Below, piece by piece: positions 1 through 9,974 of a DNA stretch of 64,000 nucleotides (position 1 is the stretch's first letter; each line of letters starts with the position of its first letter). The notes beneath the pieces were generated by a model that ran no database searches, was not told the DNA's origin, and saw nothing but the letters and a program-made list of their open reading frames with translations. Source of the DNA: a virus (taxonomy: Duplodnaviria; Caudoviricetes); the IMG/VR virus record IMGVR_UViG_3300027776_000009; one strand, written 5' to 3'. A program made the position numbers and the translations under genes.

Positions 1-131
1 TGGTTGGCGGTTTCTTCGGCATCGATCATGTGCGCTTCGACGGAATCAGAGCCATCGGTGTCCACGTTTTCAATGGGTTGGTCTTCAACGAGTTCTTCAA
101 GACCCAGACGATACATCAGTTTGTTGCTCAT
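1..131 (-). CDS. 5' part of a further internal head/ejection protein paralog (runs off window)
   Basis: Hand translation from ATG at 131: MSNKLMYRLGLEELVEDQPIENVDTDGSDSVEAHMIDAEETAN; same leader and GGAG RBS as 214..1644. Confidence 0.8.
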   Translation of the reverse strand, partial: MSNKLMYRLGLEELVEDQPIENVDTDGSDSVEAHMIDAEETAN

Positions 132-197
132 GGTGTTACTCCACGGAGATTTTTGAATGCGGGAGTCATGACTCTCCCGCGTTGTTTACAGCAAACG
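117..197. repeat. Intergenic + gene-start unit, inverted copy of 52076..52155
   Basis: Reverse complement matches 52076..52155 except one extra A; includes hairpin GCGGGAG..CTCCCGC (159..180). Confidence 0.9.
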
Positions 198-213
198 AGC
201 GGGTACTGCGAGA

Positions 214-1644
214 TTACTTGGTGTCAGCTTCAGGTACCGGCGGCGGGGTTGGCGACTTATCGTCCTTACCAACAGATGCGCCGTAGTTCTTCAGCACCAG
301 ATCACCGTAAGCCAGATAGGCCTTGACTGTTTTGGTCAGGTAACTAACGATGGTGTAGTCGGAGGTGATGCCATACGACCAGAAGGCGGCAAAGACCTTG
401 GCAAAGTCGGCGCGAGCCGAGGCGACGGCTGCTTTGTCGTCGTCACCATCAGCAGAAGCTTCCTTGGCGATATCCTCAAGACCCTTGATGGTGAGCCCCC
501 GGAGGGCTTCACGCTGACTGTAGGCTTTCTTGTACTCACCGATGCTCTTAGCAACATCAACCCAGCCGGTTGCCAACGTCTTCAGGTTGGAAGGGTTAAG
601 CTTTTCGATCTTACCGGTAGGTTCAGCCGCTTCCTTTTCGCCAAAGGGCTTCAACTGGACTTTTGTTGCATTCAATTCTTTTGCAACAATACGGAGCATA
701 TCAGCGGACGACTTTGCAGAATCCTTACTGGCGACCTTGGTCACCACATAGAGACCCATCCCACCGGGGAGCTCGGTTTCCAGCCGCTGAACAGTAGTGC
801 CTTCAGTAGCCCAGCCACGTTCCGCGGTTTTCATTTCACCCAGCGAACTGAACGCCGAAGCAGTCTTGTTTGCCATTTCACCAATGGCGTTGATGCGTCC
901 CGAGTCAGGATCCGCGCTGGCGATAACGGTTTTAGCGTCGTTACCCATTTCAAGCGCGGATTTTGCAAGACCGCCCAGTGACAGTGAGAGTTTCTTCAAC
1001 AGCTCAGAACTCTTCCGAACCGTATCAATGGTGATCGCACCGCCAACGGCAATAGCCTTGAGATCTTTGTGATCTTCAAACTTCAGCTCAGTGCCGTACT
1101 GAGCGGACTTGATTTCACCAACTTTCTTGACGAGTGCTTCACCGCGGGCAACCAGTTTGCCGGAACCGTCAAAGACGGACTTGATCCATCCCGAGAACGT
1201 GTTCCACAGTTTCTTCAGCTTCTCGATCAAGGCGCGGCCCAGCTCTTTGATCTTATCCATAGCGCCTTCCATCGAGGCCACGATGGCTTCTTCGGGAGAG
1301 CTGATGGATTCAGCCGAAACTGTCAGCGTCTGTTCACCGAACCATTTGCGGTTCACCGCATTGATCGCCATGTTGGAGAAGGCGATGGCGTCTTTGGTCG
1401 GACGACCACTCTTCAGCGCTGCTTCCAGACCCTTCGCGACTTCACCCATGGTTTCAGTGTCAGCTTGGATCGCTTCCGCGTCGTCGGCGTCAGATTCGAC
1501 TTCTTCACCCTGCTGGTCAGCCGCCAACATATCGGATTCCGGAGAAGATTCACCCGCCATTTCTTCCAGGGACTCCGGCTCGTCAGCCGGAGCGTCTTCG
1601 ACCAGGTCTTCAAGACCCAGGCGATAGAACAGTTTGTTGCTCAT
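214..1644 (-). CDS. Internal head/ejection protein (phiKZ gp92-97 / SPN3US gp53-54-like paralog family)
   Basis: 476 aa; acidic propeptide with GLE/SLE/SAE/SME sites followed by the family helix SMEGAMDKIKELGRALIEKLKKLWNTF; synteny. Confidence 0.8.
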   Translation of the reverse strand: MSNKLFYRLGLEDLVEDAPADEPESLEEMAGESSPESDMLAADQQGEEVESDADDAEAIQADTETMGEVAKGLEAALKSGRPTKDAIAFSNMAINAVNRKWFGEQTLTVSAESISSPEEAIVASMEGAMDKIKELGRALIEKLKKLWNTFSGWIKSVFDGSGKLVARGEALVKKVGEIKSAQYGTELKFEDHKDLKAIAVGGAITIDTVRKSSELLKKLSLSLGGLAKSALEMGNDAKTVIASADPDSGRINAIGEMANKTASAFSSLGEMKTAERGWATEGTTVQRLETELPGGMGLYVVTKVASKDSAKSSADMLRIVAKELNATKVQLKPFGEKEAAEPTGKIEKLNPSNLKTLATGWVDVAKSIGEYKKAYSQREALRGLTIKGLEDIAKEASADGDDDKAAVASARADFAKVFAAFWSYGITSDYTIVSYLTKTVKAYLAYGDLVLKNYGASVGKDDKSPTPPPVPEADTK

Positions 1645-1648
1645 GGTG
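1571..1648. repeat. 78-nt perfect inverted repeat with 50652..50729
   Basis: CACC+ATGAGCAACAAACTG...GAGCCGGAGTC identical in both paralogs. Confidence 0.9.
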
Positions 1649-1662
1649 TTACTCCACGTGGA

Positions 1663-2202
1663 TTAAACAAAAATCGCCTTCGGTTTCACAGGAGACCGGG
1701 AGGCGCCAAACAGTACATGCATAGTACATACCATATCGTCAAAACCATCCGGCCATTGACACCAATCCGCAATGAAGTTCTCGAACTCACCCGGGGATAC
1801 CGAGATGCTCGAACGCCCTCGCGCAACGGAGGCAATGCCTTCTTGGGGACCATGGTTGTCCATTAGCAACATGAGCCAATTTTCAACACTGGTGGAGCGA
1901 TGTCCAGTCCGGATGTATTGAACCGTGTCTTCCAGAAAACGGAGGTTCAGATCAAACACCCGGTCGTTGACATTGAGTTGCAGCATGAGCCACTTGTTAA
2001 AATCCCCAAAGACACGCGCCGCGCACGCAATTGCAGCGCCTCGCAAGTGCCACGCGTTAGGGCTAACCCCCGGGGCTCGCCATAGATTAATCAAGGCGTT
2101 GACCTCCGGGTGATAGGGTTTTTCCACCACTCGCCCATGGACGTCTTCGGTGTTGGGGACTTCCCACATGTATCCGCGAGGATAGGCGTTAAACTGTGCC
2201 AT
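1663..2202 (-). CDS. Virion structural protein (phiKZ gp91-like)
   Basis: 179 aa, overlaps upstream gene end, size and synteny. Confidence 0.6.
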   Translation of the reverse strand: MAQFNAYPRGYMWEVPNTEDVHGRVVEKPYHPEVNALINLWRAPGVSPNAWHLRGAAIACAARVFGDFNKWLMLQLNVNDRVFDLNLRFLEDTVQYIRTGHRSTSVENWLMLLMDNHGPQEGIASVARGRSSISVSPGEFENFIADWCQWPDGFDDMVCTMHVLFGASRSPVKPKAIFV

Positions 2203-3097
2203 AGTCCATACCCTCTTTCATGAGCTTGTACTTGATCTTCTCAAGCCGCTCTTGGGTGTATTCGATTTGGCGTTGCAGGCGAGCATCTTCCTTACCGTCA
2301 GCAGCGTGCTGCAATTGCAGGAGTCGGAACTCCAGCAGCCGTTTGGTTTCGATAGCCGCCTGAAGACGCGTCTCTTGCCACTCAGCTACGGCCAAACGAG
2401 CCCGGTAGATGAGATTGAACCGCGCTGAGATGAGGTTCAGGCGTAACGGATCGGTTTTGGCGAAGTCCATGGTGGCTTCTACGCGACCCGCTGTGTCCGG
2501 AGAGATGACCACGTCCGGAATACCGTCCAGCTTGCGCTCCACCTCCTCGGACTCCATCGACAGAGTGTCGACAGCCGCCATGAAACTGTTGAAGTTCGCT
2601 TCCAACCACTTCATTTCACCCGCAGTCGGACCATCGGCTGAAGCAATGTCGGCGTATTGGGAAGTAGCAATGACTTCCAAGTTGGTAGCAACCAGGGTGA
2701 GTCGGAGGCTGTATTGCGCGAAGAACTCGATGGCTTCTATCAACTGAATGGTGTTGGCCGTCAGGAGCCGCATGGCATCGCGAACAATATCTTGTTCAAA
2801 CTTGGTGGAAACCAACTTCTCTGCGATTTCCAGGATACGCAGCGAGTTCTCAGCGATCTCAGACAGCGGGGTAATGAAGGAACCCTTGTAACGCGCTTTA
2901 TAGCGCGTGGAGAACTTCTGTTCAACCCCTTGTACCCAAGCGTCTTTGAACTTATGCTTACTGTACGTCAGAGCAGCATTCTTGAGACCAGGAACGGTAT
3001 TGGTAGCCAGTTCTTTACGAGTGCTGGCAATATCGTCCAGTACACGGGATTTGGCAAAGGTGGGCAAGAGGGTGCTCAACCAGATTGGAAGGCGCAT
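2189..3097 (-). CDS. Inner-body head protein (phiKZ gp90-like)
   Basis: 302 aa helical, C-terminal coiled coil; synteny. Confidence 0.7.
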   Translation of the reverse strand: MRLPIWLSTLLPTFAKSRVLDDIASTRKELATNTVPGLKNAALTYSKHKFKDAWVQGVEQKFSTRYKARYKGSFITPLSEIAENSLRILEIAEKLVSTKFEQDIVRDAMRLLTANTIQLIEAIEFFAQYSLRLTLVATNLEVIATSQYADIASADGPTAGEMKWLEANFNSFMAAVDTLSMESEEVERKLDGIPDVVISPDTAGRVEATMDFAKTDPLRLNLISARFNLIYRARLAVAEWQETRLQAAIETKRLLEFRLLQLQHAADGKEDARLQRQIEYTQERLEKIKYKLMKEGMDYGTV

Positions 3098-3115
3098 AGT
3101 GGAGGTGCTCCTGAT

Positions 3116-4396
3116 TTACAGACGGGGGGATTGACCGAGTTGGTAGGCGCGGAGGATTTCTCCCACGTCGGGACCACTGCCCTTGGCCGCATTCTTCATT
3201 GCTTTGACACTGACGGTGGTACTGCCCGCCAAACCGCGGGTATAGATGGTGACTTGTTCATAGTCAGTATCCACCACTACCATCAGCATCACATACGTGG
3301 CGTCGAACACACGAGCGCGGAATGCTGCATTGGATAGCTTACCTGCCGTACGGGCTTCCAGCTTACGAGCTGTTGCCTGCGTCATTACGAGAATGTTCGA
3401 GGCGGTCGCGATCGAAACATTGCCGGTCGAGGCTGAAGCCGCGGTGTTCTTCTGGCGGCGCTTGAGGATTTCAGCATAGATCCCGGTGCGGTCTTTTCGA
3501 AGCGTTTCGCGGTGAGCATCGATCAGGTCTTGACACAGAACGATATCGCGAATAAAGGAGAGTTCTCCAGAACGCCAGGCGTGGTACCGTGCCTTGGCCG
3601 TAGTGTCGCGTTCCGCATGGCTAAGGATAGCCAGCATGACATCAGACGGCATGAGGTTCGGCATCAGGCGCACGGTCACGGGGATCGCAGCCTTGTGACC
3701 GTTGGACTCCACGTTGACATTCAGCATAACCCCCACGGACAGCGAGTTCATTTGCGTAATCGCAGAACCTGGGTCGCGGCCAAAGTCAACCCGCATGGGT
3801 TCTTCCGGTACGTCTTCTGTGGTCTGTGTGGTCTGTGTCTGACTGGTAACCGTCGGGACGCCGTGAGCATCGTACTTGGTGGTCTGTGTAGTTACGGTGC
3901 GTTCTGCCGTTTGCATGGCTTCCATGGACGCCGTGGGTGGCGAGAAGGGATCCGGGAGCCCCCACTTGTAATCTTCCATCCCCAAGCCGCGTGCCACTTC
4001 GCGCTGAATGAAGCCGGAATCCGGACCGATCACATCACGATTCGGGTTAAACTTCTCCAGCAAACGCCGGGTTTCAATGTTGCCTACGTTGACTTCCAAC
4101 GATACGGCCTGCATGTAGTAGCCGGCAAAAATGCTGGTTAACGTTTGCAGAATATCGGTGATATATGGGAGGGTACGGGTACCCTCCTCCAACATGACAA
4201 TGGGTTCAACTCGCGCAATGCGGGTGAACTCAGTCAGTGAATTGTGTTCCGAAGCCAGGGCTCTGTTGGCGGCAGAGACTCCCCGCATTGCGGTGTCCAG
4301 CTTGGATACACCGGTAGCCATGGCGGCACCACCGCCCAACATGGTACCGATCTTGGAAAAAGCCGTCAGGCCGGTCATAACGCCATTAACGAACAT
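3116..4396 (-). CDS. Inner-body head protein (phiKZ gp89-like)
   Basis: 426 aa; SLTEFTRIARVEP motif, internal GME/SME sites before a Thr-rich linker. Confidence 0.7.
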   Translation of the reverse strand: MFVNGVMTGLTAFSKIGTMLGGGAAMATGVSKLDTAMRGVSAANRALASEHNSLTEFTRIARVEPIVMLEEGTRTLPYITDILQTLTSIFAGYYMQAVSLEVNVGNIETRRLLEKFNPNRDVIGPDSGFIQREVARGLGMEDYKWGLPDPFSPPTASMEAMQTAERTVTTQTTKYDAHGVPTVTSQTQTTQTTEDVPEEPMRVDFGRDPGSAITQMNSLSVGVMLNVNVESNGHKAAIPVTVRLMPNLMPSDVMLAILSHAERDTTAKARYHAWRSGELSFIRDIVLCQDLIDAHRETLRKDRTGIYAEILKRRQKNTAASASTGNVSIATASNILVMTQATARKLEARTAGKLSNAAFRARVFDATYVMLMVVVDTDYEQVTIYTRGLAGSTTVSVKAMKNAAKGSGPDVGEILRAYQLGQSPRL

Positions 4397-4422
4397 GATG
4401 TATTCCTATCTTGGGGTGTGCA

Positions 4423-5520
4423 ATGACGATCGATAAAAACGCACGCATTGTGGGACTTGATGCTGAAAATCAAGATCTCACAACTGGCGTGGATACCGTA
4501 GGAAAGATCGCGAGACGCGATGAGATTGTGCAAGGGATTACCCAAGGCTTAGGGCATGGAAGCATCGACCACAGCTACGGGTTGTCTTTCTTCGGTCACA
4601 ACTATTTAGGGGCCGCAGGCGACCCCACGATACTCAACAACGACCGCACAGGCTTGGTCTTCTTTACCCGACCACGGATGAACCTGTCATACGATAATCT
4701 CATTGCTGAGAGAACCATGATACCCATGCTCTCCAGTGACCCATATTGTATCCCACGGATTTGCCGGAGTTATCTCGATCCCGTCGGAGCGAAGGCGGGG
4801 AAATATACGACGCCTAGTGTGGTTGATCCCGATTCGGCGTTTATCCAGATTCTCAGTAACAAAATGATTAGTCTGAAAGGATGGCCAGATCCCTCGGTGC
4901 AGCCCTATACGTCAAAGAAAGGCCGTATGGGGGAAGAGCAGTCCCAATATGATGGCTATTGGCGTATCCTTGGAACCTATGATCTCGACGCCACTTTCCG
5001 AAACGGGGCTATGAATCCGATCGGGATGCTGATGATGTACTGGAACATGTACGGATCACTGGTCAAAGAGGGATGGCTGGACCCCTATCCTGAGTTCATT
5101 TTGCGCAATGAAATGGATTACAATACCCGCATCTATCGACTGACGTTGGATCCTAGTCGTCGATACGTGCGTGAAATGTTTGCTTGTGGAGCGTCTTTCC
5201 CAACGGGTGTCAGTATGGGGTCTAGAGCGGACTATGATGAAAAGGAGTTTATCAGCCGTGATCTGGATACCGTCAGCGCCCGCTTTCGATGCATGGGCGC
5301 CATTTACAACGACCCGATCTTAGTCACTTGGTTTAACGCCACTGTGGTATTGCACTGTCCAGCAATGGCGCCGTCTGCCCGTGGTAACACCTTTATCAAG
5401 ATTCCACCCAGTGAACGGCAAATGCTGAACTACTGGGGGTATCCGTACATCAATGAAGCCACCATGGAGCTGGAATGGTGGATGAGACGCTCGCAGTATA
5501 ACATACTGCTGGGTAAGTAA
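4423..5520 (+). CDS. Virion structural protein (phiKZ gp88-like)
   Basis: GLVFFTRPRMNLSYDN and DYNTRIYRL motifs; divergent from gp89-like; start taken at MTIDKN. Confidence 0.7.
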   Translation: MTIDKNARIVGLDAENQDLTTGVDTVGKIARRDEIVQGITQGLGHGSIDHSYGLSFFGHNYLGAAGDPTILNNDRTGLVFFTRPRMNLSYDNLIAERTMIPMLSSDPYCIPRICRSYLDPVGAKAGKYTTPSVVDPDSAFIQILSNKMISLKGWPDPSVQPYTSKKGRMGEEQSQYDGYWRILGTYDLDATFRNGAMNPIGMLMMYWNMYGSLVKEGWLDPYPEFILRNEMDYNTRIYRLTLDPSRRYVREMFACGASFPTGVSMGSRADYDEKEFISRDLDTVSARFRCMGAIYNDPILVTWFNATVVLHCPAMAPSARGNTFIKIPPSERQMLNYWGYPYINEATMELEWWMRRSQYNILLGK

Positions 5521-5532
5521 GCTCGCGAGGAG

Positions 5533-8469
5533 ATGGTAATGGCTACTGCAAATAGTACTGATCTGATTAAGCAACTGGATGTCCTTCGGGCCAATCCAAG
5601 CGCCGCCATGCGGCTAACACTGAAGACGCTCACACATGTTACCGACGGAGCGGTCGTGGTACTGGATCCAACAAACCCCATGGTGTTTGCGCTGGAAATG
5701 AGTATCATGATGGCAGCAGCAGGCATCAGCCGCGCGGAAACGCTGACCCGTAGGCAATACGAGTCATTGGCGACCAGTGATGCGGAGCTTTATCTACATA
5801 TGGCAGATATTGATTACCTAGACCGCTTCTCGTCACCGGGTCGCGCCACCTTGTCACTGTTGTTTGTGTTGGATGAAATCAAACAGAAAGCGGTTTGTGT
5901 CTATCCGGACAATACCGGGCTTTGTCCCATGACCTCACCCCGCAAGCTGACTATTCCACGAAACAGTTTCTTTGAAGTTGCGGGAATGCGGTTTACGATG
6001 CAGTATCCGGTGGATATCTGGTTGATGCCGCACGGTGGGTTAGATGTGCGCTACGACACCGACATCTCGACCCCTGCAATGAAGCTGGATAGTAACCGAC
6101 CCAATTGGTGGGTGCGACGCAATGGAGACATCGAGTATCTGCGTATTGACATCCCGATGCAGCAGCTTACCGTTTTGGTTCAAAACGCCCCTATGAACGG
6201 TGTCACGGGATTCACTAAATCCTACGCGTACAGTGGAAATTTCTACTACGCTAGAGCATTCATGCGTAACGCAGCGGATACGGCGTGGACCGAGGTGATC
6301 ACCACGCACACCGATCAGATTTACGACCCTAATCGCGTGACAGTGGCGCTCAAAGTGCAAAATAATCAACTGGTCGTTCACGTTCCGCAGTTGTACTTCA
6401 ATACCGGCATGGTGAAGGACAACATCATGATCCACATTTACACTACTCAGGGGGAGATCGATGTTCCCTTGGGAGGCTACGCACCATCGGCGTTTAGTTT
6501 CAAGTGGGTGGATCACCTTGAGGTGACGGATAATCGCTTTAGCGCCCCCTTATCCAGCTTACGCACCGCAGGTGTTTTCTGTGAAGGATCAGCAACTGGC
6601 GGTGGGAATGGTGTGAGTTTTGAAACGCTGCGGGACCGGGTTACCGCGCGGGCGCTGTCTACTCCGGACATCCCTATTACGGCCCACCAACTGGCTAACA
6701 CCATCAACGAGCTGGGGTATTCATTAGTCACTAATTTGGACAATATCACCGATCGGCAGTTTCTGGCTAGTCGGGGGTTTCCAGCGCCTGCAAATGGAGC
6801 CACCGTGAGTGGGGCAGGATGCGCCATTAATACGCTACAAGCCAGAATCTCGGACATTGTGGCTAATGACAACGTGATGGATAACGGTCAACGGATTACC
6901 ATTAAGGCGGGTACTGTGTTTCGCCAGGTCAACGGGATTCTGGAACTGGTCCCAAATAGCCTCCTCGACACGTTACAGGACCCGAATCAGACAACCGTGA
7001 CGGAGTTAGCCACGGCGGTAAACAATGGGGATTTTTACTTTACTCCGTTCTACTACGTCTACGATACTTCTGGGAATACTTTCTCGGTCAGACCGTATCG
7101 TTTGGACCATCCGGTGGTTGTGACGCGTAACTTGGTGCAAGATAACAACACTCTGTTGGTGTCGGCTAGTACAAAACTACACGCCATTGATAATAACCTG
7201 ACCAATGATGGGTATATCTTGGCGATTGAAGTCCAAGGTAGTGAAAGTTGGAACAGCCTAGACCCTACTCAGCGCCATGTTCAACTTAGTTTTTTGAACA
7301 ACGGAAATGGCTCACGCGTGGTGATTTCAGGTGAGCGACAAGCAGCAGCGGATCGGGAAATCTATTACTTCCGCATCGGGACGAACTATGACGTTGATGA
7401 ACAGCATAACCTGATCGCGATTCCCTCCCTAGCAGGAATGCCGTTGGTAACAGACTTCGATCTGGTTTACATCGTTAAAGATCAACTCCCTCCGGGTGCT
7501 GCGATATCCGACATTGATAATCTGGTCGATACGGGAATACTCCCTCCGGGCGGGATTTACCGCGGGGTCTCCCATGAAACGATACAGGTGAAGTTCGGAG
7601 ACTATCTGGAGAACCTCTGGTGCCGATCACGCACCGTGGTGACTGAACTGGAGTACCAGAAGTACCCTACGGATGTTCAAGCGTTTTACACGGAAACGCA
7701 GTACCTCCGTGATAGCGTGGGTAACATCGTACTGACCTATAACAGCGGGACCAGTGAGTTTGAGTTCACGATAACGGCGAATATCGGCGATCCCGTCATG
7801 GAAGGGGGACAGCCTGTCTACACCCACCGCGCTGGAGACACTGTGCTGGACAGCAACGGTTTACCCATCCCGGTAGGGGGTAGTCGAGGGATATACCGTC
7901 AAGCGGATCTCTTCATGATCGACGGGCGTTATTTCTTCGCCACGTCTGAATCGGCAGTAAATTATCGCCGTGAAATGGTGGATCTGGTAACACAGTGGGT
8001 GGTGGATGATATTGAAGGTATCTCGAAACGATTGTTGGAACGCACAGAGATTTTCTTCTATCCGAAGACCACAACGGGGACCTTGGCAGTCAAGGTAGAT
8101 AATGGTTTGACGCACACCATTAGCGCCAGTCAGTCGTTCACGGTTAAGCTTCACGTATCCCGCGAGCGGTACGAGAACGAGGCCCTGAAAGCTAGTCTGA
8201 TTTTAACCACTAAGAAAACCTTGGCGGCTTCGTTAGCGGTGACGACGATTGCGCACTCGGATTTAGTCAGTAAGTTGACGGCGGTATTGGGTACTGACGT
8301 GCTGGCCTGTGAAGTTTACAGTAACGTTTTCGCACCCGATATCTATCCGATCGTCACGATTCAGGATCAGTCTATGCTACCCAGTATCGGGAAGCAGTTG
8401 GTGGTTCTGAATAACCTGACGCTGGATGTTCAAGATGCTGTGAATGTGGTCTTCATACCGCACTACTAA
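5533..8469 (+). CDS. Large virion structural protein (phiKZ gp87-like, probably baseplate)
   Basis: 978 aa beta-rich; LDPTNPMVFALE, ATGGGNGVSFETLRDRV; GAGGAG RBS; synteny. Confidence 0.7.
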   Translation: MVMATANSTDLIKQLDVLRANPSAAMRLTLKTLTHVTDGAVVVLDPTNPMVFALEMSIMMAAAGISRAETLTRRQYESLATSDAELYLHMADIDYLDRFSSPGRATLSLLFVLDEIKQKAVCVYPDNTGLCPMTSPRKLTIPRNSFFEVAGMRFTMQYPVDIWLMPHGGLDVRYDTDISTPAMKLDSNRPNWWVRRNGDIEYLRIDIPMQQLTVLVQNAPMNGVTGFTKSYAYSGNFYYARAFMRNAADTAWTEVITTHTDQIYDPNRVTVALKVQNNQLVVHVPQLYFNTGMVKDNIMIHIYTTQGEIDVPLGGYAPSAFSFKWVDHLEVTDNRFSAPLSSLRTAGVFCEGSATGGGNGVSFETLRDRVTARALSTPDIPITAHQLANTINELGYSLVTNLDNITDRQFLASRGFPAPANGATVSGAGCAINTLQARISDIVANDNVMDNGQRITIKAGTVFRQVNGILELVPNSLLDTLQDPNQTTVTELATAVNNGDFYFTPFYYVYDTSGNTFSVRPYRLDHPVVVTRNLVQDNNTLLVSASTKLHAIDNNLTNDGYILAIEVQGSESWNSLDPTQRHVQLSFLNNGNGSRVVISGERQAAADREIYYFRIGTNYDVDEQHNLIAIPSLAGMPLVTDFDLVYIVKDQLPPGAAISDIDNLVDTGILPPGGIYRGVSHETIQVKFGDYLENLWCRSRTVVTELEYQKYPTDVQAFYTETQYLRDSVGNIVLTYNSGTSEFEFTITANIGDPVMEGGQPVYTHRAGDTVLDSNGLPIPVGGSRGIYRQADLFMIDGRYFFATSESAVNYRREMVDLVTQWVVDDIEGISKRLLERTEIFFYPKTTTGTLAVKVDNGLTHTISASQSFTVKLHVSRERYENEALKASLILTTKKTLAASLAVTTIAHSDLVSKLTAVLGTDVLACEVYSNVFAPDIYPIVTIQDQSMLPSIGKQLVVLNNLTLDVQDAVNVVFIPHY

Positions 8470-8472
8470 GCG

Positions 8473-8504
8473 CATAGTCCCCGGGATTTCTCCCGGGGAC
8501 TATG
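8473..8504. terminator. Bidirectional hairpin between convergent genes
   Basis: CATAGTCCCCGGGA-tttc-TCCCGGGGACTATG, 14-bp perfect stem. Confidence 0.8.
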
Positions 8505-8510
8505 TCGTTG

Positions 8511-9974
8511 TTAACGGATAACTGATGCGGCCTGGTTCGCCAAATCAGTAGCTGCCTTGATGTGCGAAGTGTCTTGCAGCTTGGTAATGAGTGCGATGAA
8601 CTTCTTGGTGAGTATGTCAATATCGCGAACAGAAGCATCGAACGACAAAACCAGTGCTCGCACACCCAACCCGATCACTTTGAGGATTTCCAGGACTTGG
8701 GATATGGAGCTGAGATTCTCACTGATATCGATCAGACCCAGACGTAAACCATCATCCATGGGGGTCTTGCGAGCATTCATGATTCCTTCCAGATGCCTGC
8801 CTTTGGCCTCGATTTCGCGGAGCTGTTTGAGATAGGAGGCGTCAACACCCGACAACGTATCCAGCAACAGATCCGCTTTCAACAACTCCTTCTCGGTTTG
8901 ATTCGAGTAGAAGGTGCTCATGGGGCTATTGAACATGGTCTCAACTGCGTCCGCAATATCATCGGTCAGGTCCAGGATGGGGGCTGTGACATCATTCCCC
9001 AGAGCTTCCACGATATTGACCAGCTCTTGGGAACGCATGATATCCGTAGCGACGTAAGATTCACCAAACACCAGGTGGCGATTGATCTTCTCAAGTCGTC
9101 CGGCAATTTCAGGCAATCGTTTTTGGACATCCAGAACGAGGTTTTGAATAATGCAGCGTGTGAGCGCGTCCCCTTTCACCAGACGATGGAGAAAAGAGTT
9201 TAACTTGTCAGAGACCTTCTTACCAATCATGCCCGATCGGATCTGACGCAGATACTCAATAGCCCCCGCGCGCGTTTCGGCGGCGTTGGTAAAGTTTAGT
9301 TCAGACAACCCGACGGCTTTGATGATCTTCAGGTTGACGTCGCACACCATGGAGGCTGGCGAATCATGCGTGGGATGGGTCTCCATGTAGATAATCCGCA
9401 GGGCGTCCACGATATGTTCGAAGGCCTGATCGTACTTCTTCAGATCTTCTTCGACCTCCGTCAACGCCTCCTTGGAGTCATCGTTATCCTTTCGCCAGGA
9501 CTTGAAAACATTCATAACCCAATCAGTCACCTTCTTAATCAAAGCAGTCAAGAACTTGACCACGTTGTCTTTGAAGGTCTTCAGTGTATCCATCAACCCT
9601 TCTTGACTGACCTGATAGTGAGTCTTGGTGTAGTCCGTCGTGAACGAAGTGAGCGGGCGCGTCGGATTGATGAACCCAGGGCGCAGAATGTTGATGCGCT
9701 CAGCGATGTGACGATTGACGCCGCCCGATTCGTGAATATGCTGAAGGAGATGATTAACCTCATCCACCGCAGCCTCCATCGAAGCGCGGTAGTCTCGGTA
9801 TTCATCGCTAAAATACTTGCCCGGATGAGGGTTGGCTTCGGTCGCGTGCGCAGCAGACGTTGCTGCTGCTGCGTCGAGGCGTTCTTCGTAGGCTTCTTGG
9901 CTACACGCGATCATACCGGGTCTCCAATCGTAGCGCGGATCATCAGTCCCGACTCCTGCATCAGTGACTGCCAC
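8511..9974 (-). CDS. Head protein (phiKZ gp86-like)
   Basis: 487 aa; SQE/SME sites, SFTTDYTKTHYQVSQE then amphipathic helix; true start probably near 9913. Confidence 0.65.
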   Translation of the reverse strand: MAVTDAGVGTDDPRYDWRPGMIACSQEAYEERLDAAAATSAAHATEANPHPGKYFSDEYRDYRASMEAAVDEVNHLLQHIHESGGVNRHIAERINILRPGFINPTRPLTSFTTDYTKTHYQVSQEGLMDTLKTFKDNVVKFLTALIKKVTDWVMNVFKSWRKDNDDSKEALTEVEEDLKKYDQAFEHIVDALRIIYMETHPTHDSPASMVCDVNLKIIKAVGLSELNFTNAAETRAGAIEYLRQIRSGMIGKKVSDKLNSFLHRLVKGDALTRCIIQNLVLDVQKRLPEIAGRLEKINRHLVFGESYVATDIMRSQELVNIVEALGNDVTAPILDLTDDIADAVETMFNSPMSTFYSNQTEKELLKADLLLDTLSGVDASYLKQLREIEAKGRHLEGIMNARKTPMDDGLRLGLIDISENLSSISQVLEILKVIGLGVRALVLSFDASVRDIDILTKKFIALITKLQDTSHIKAATDLANQAASVIR

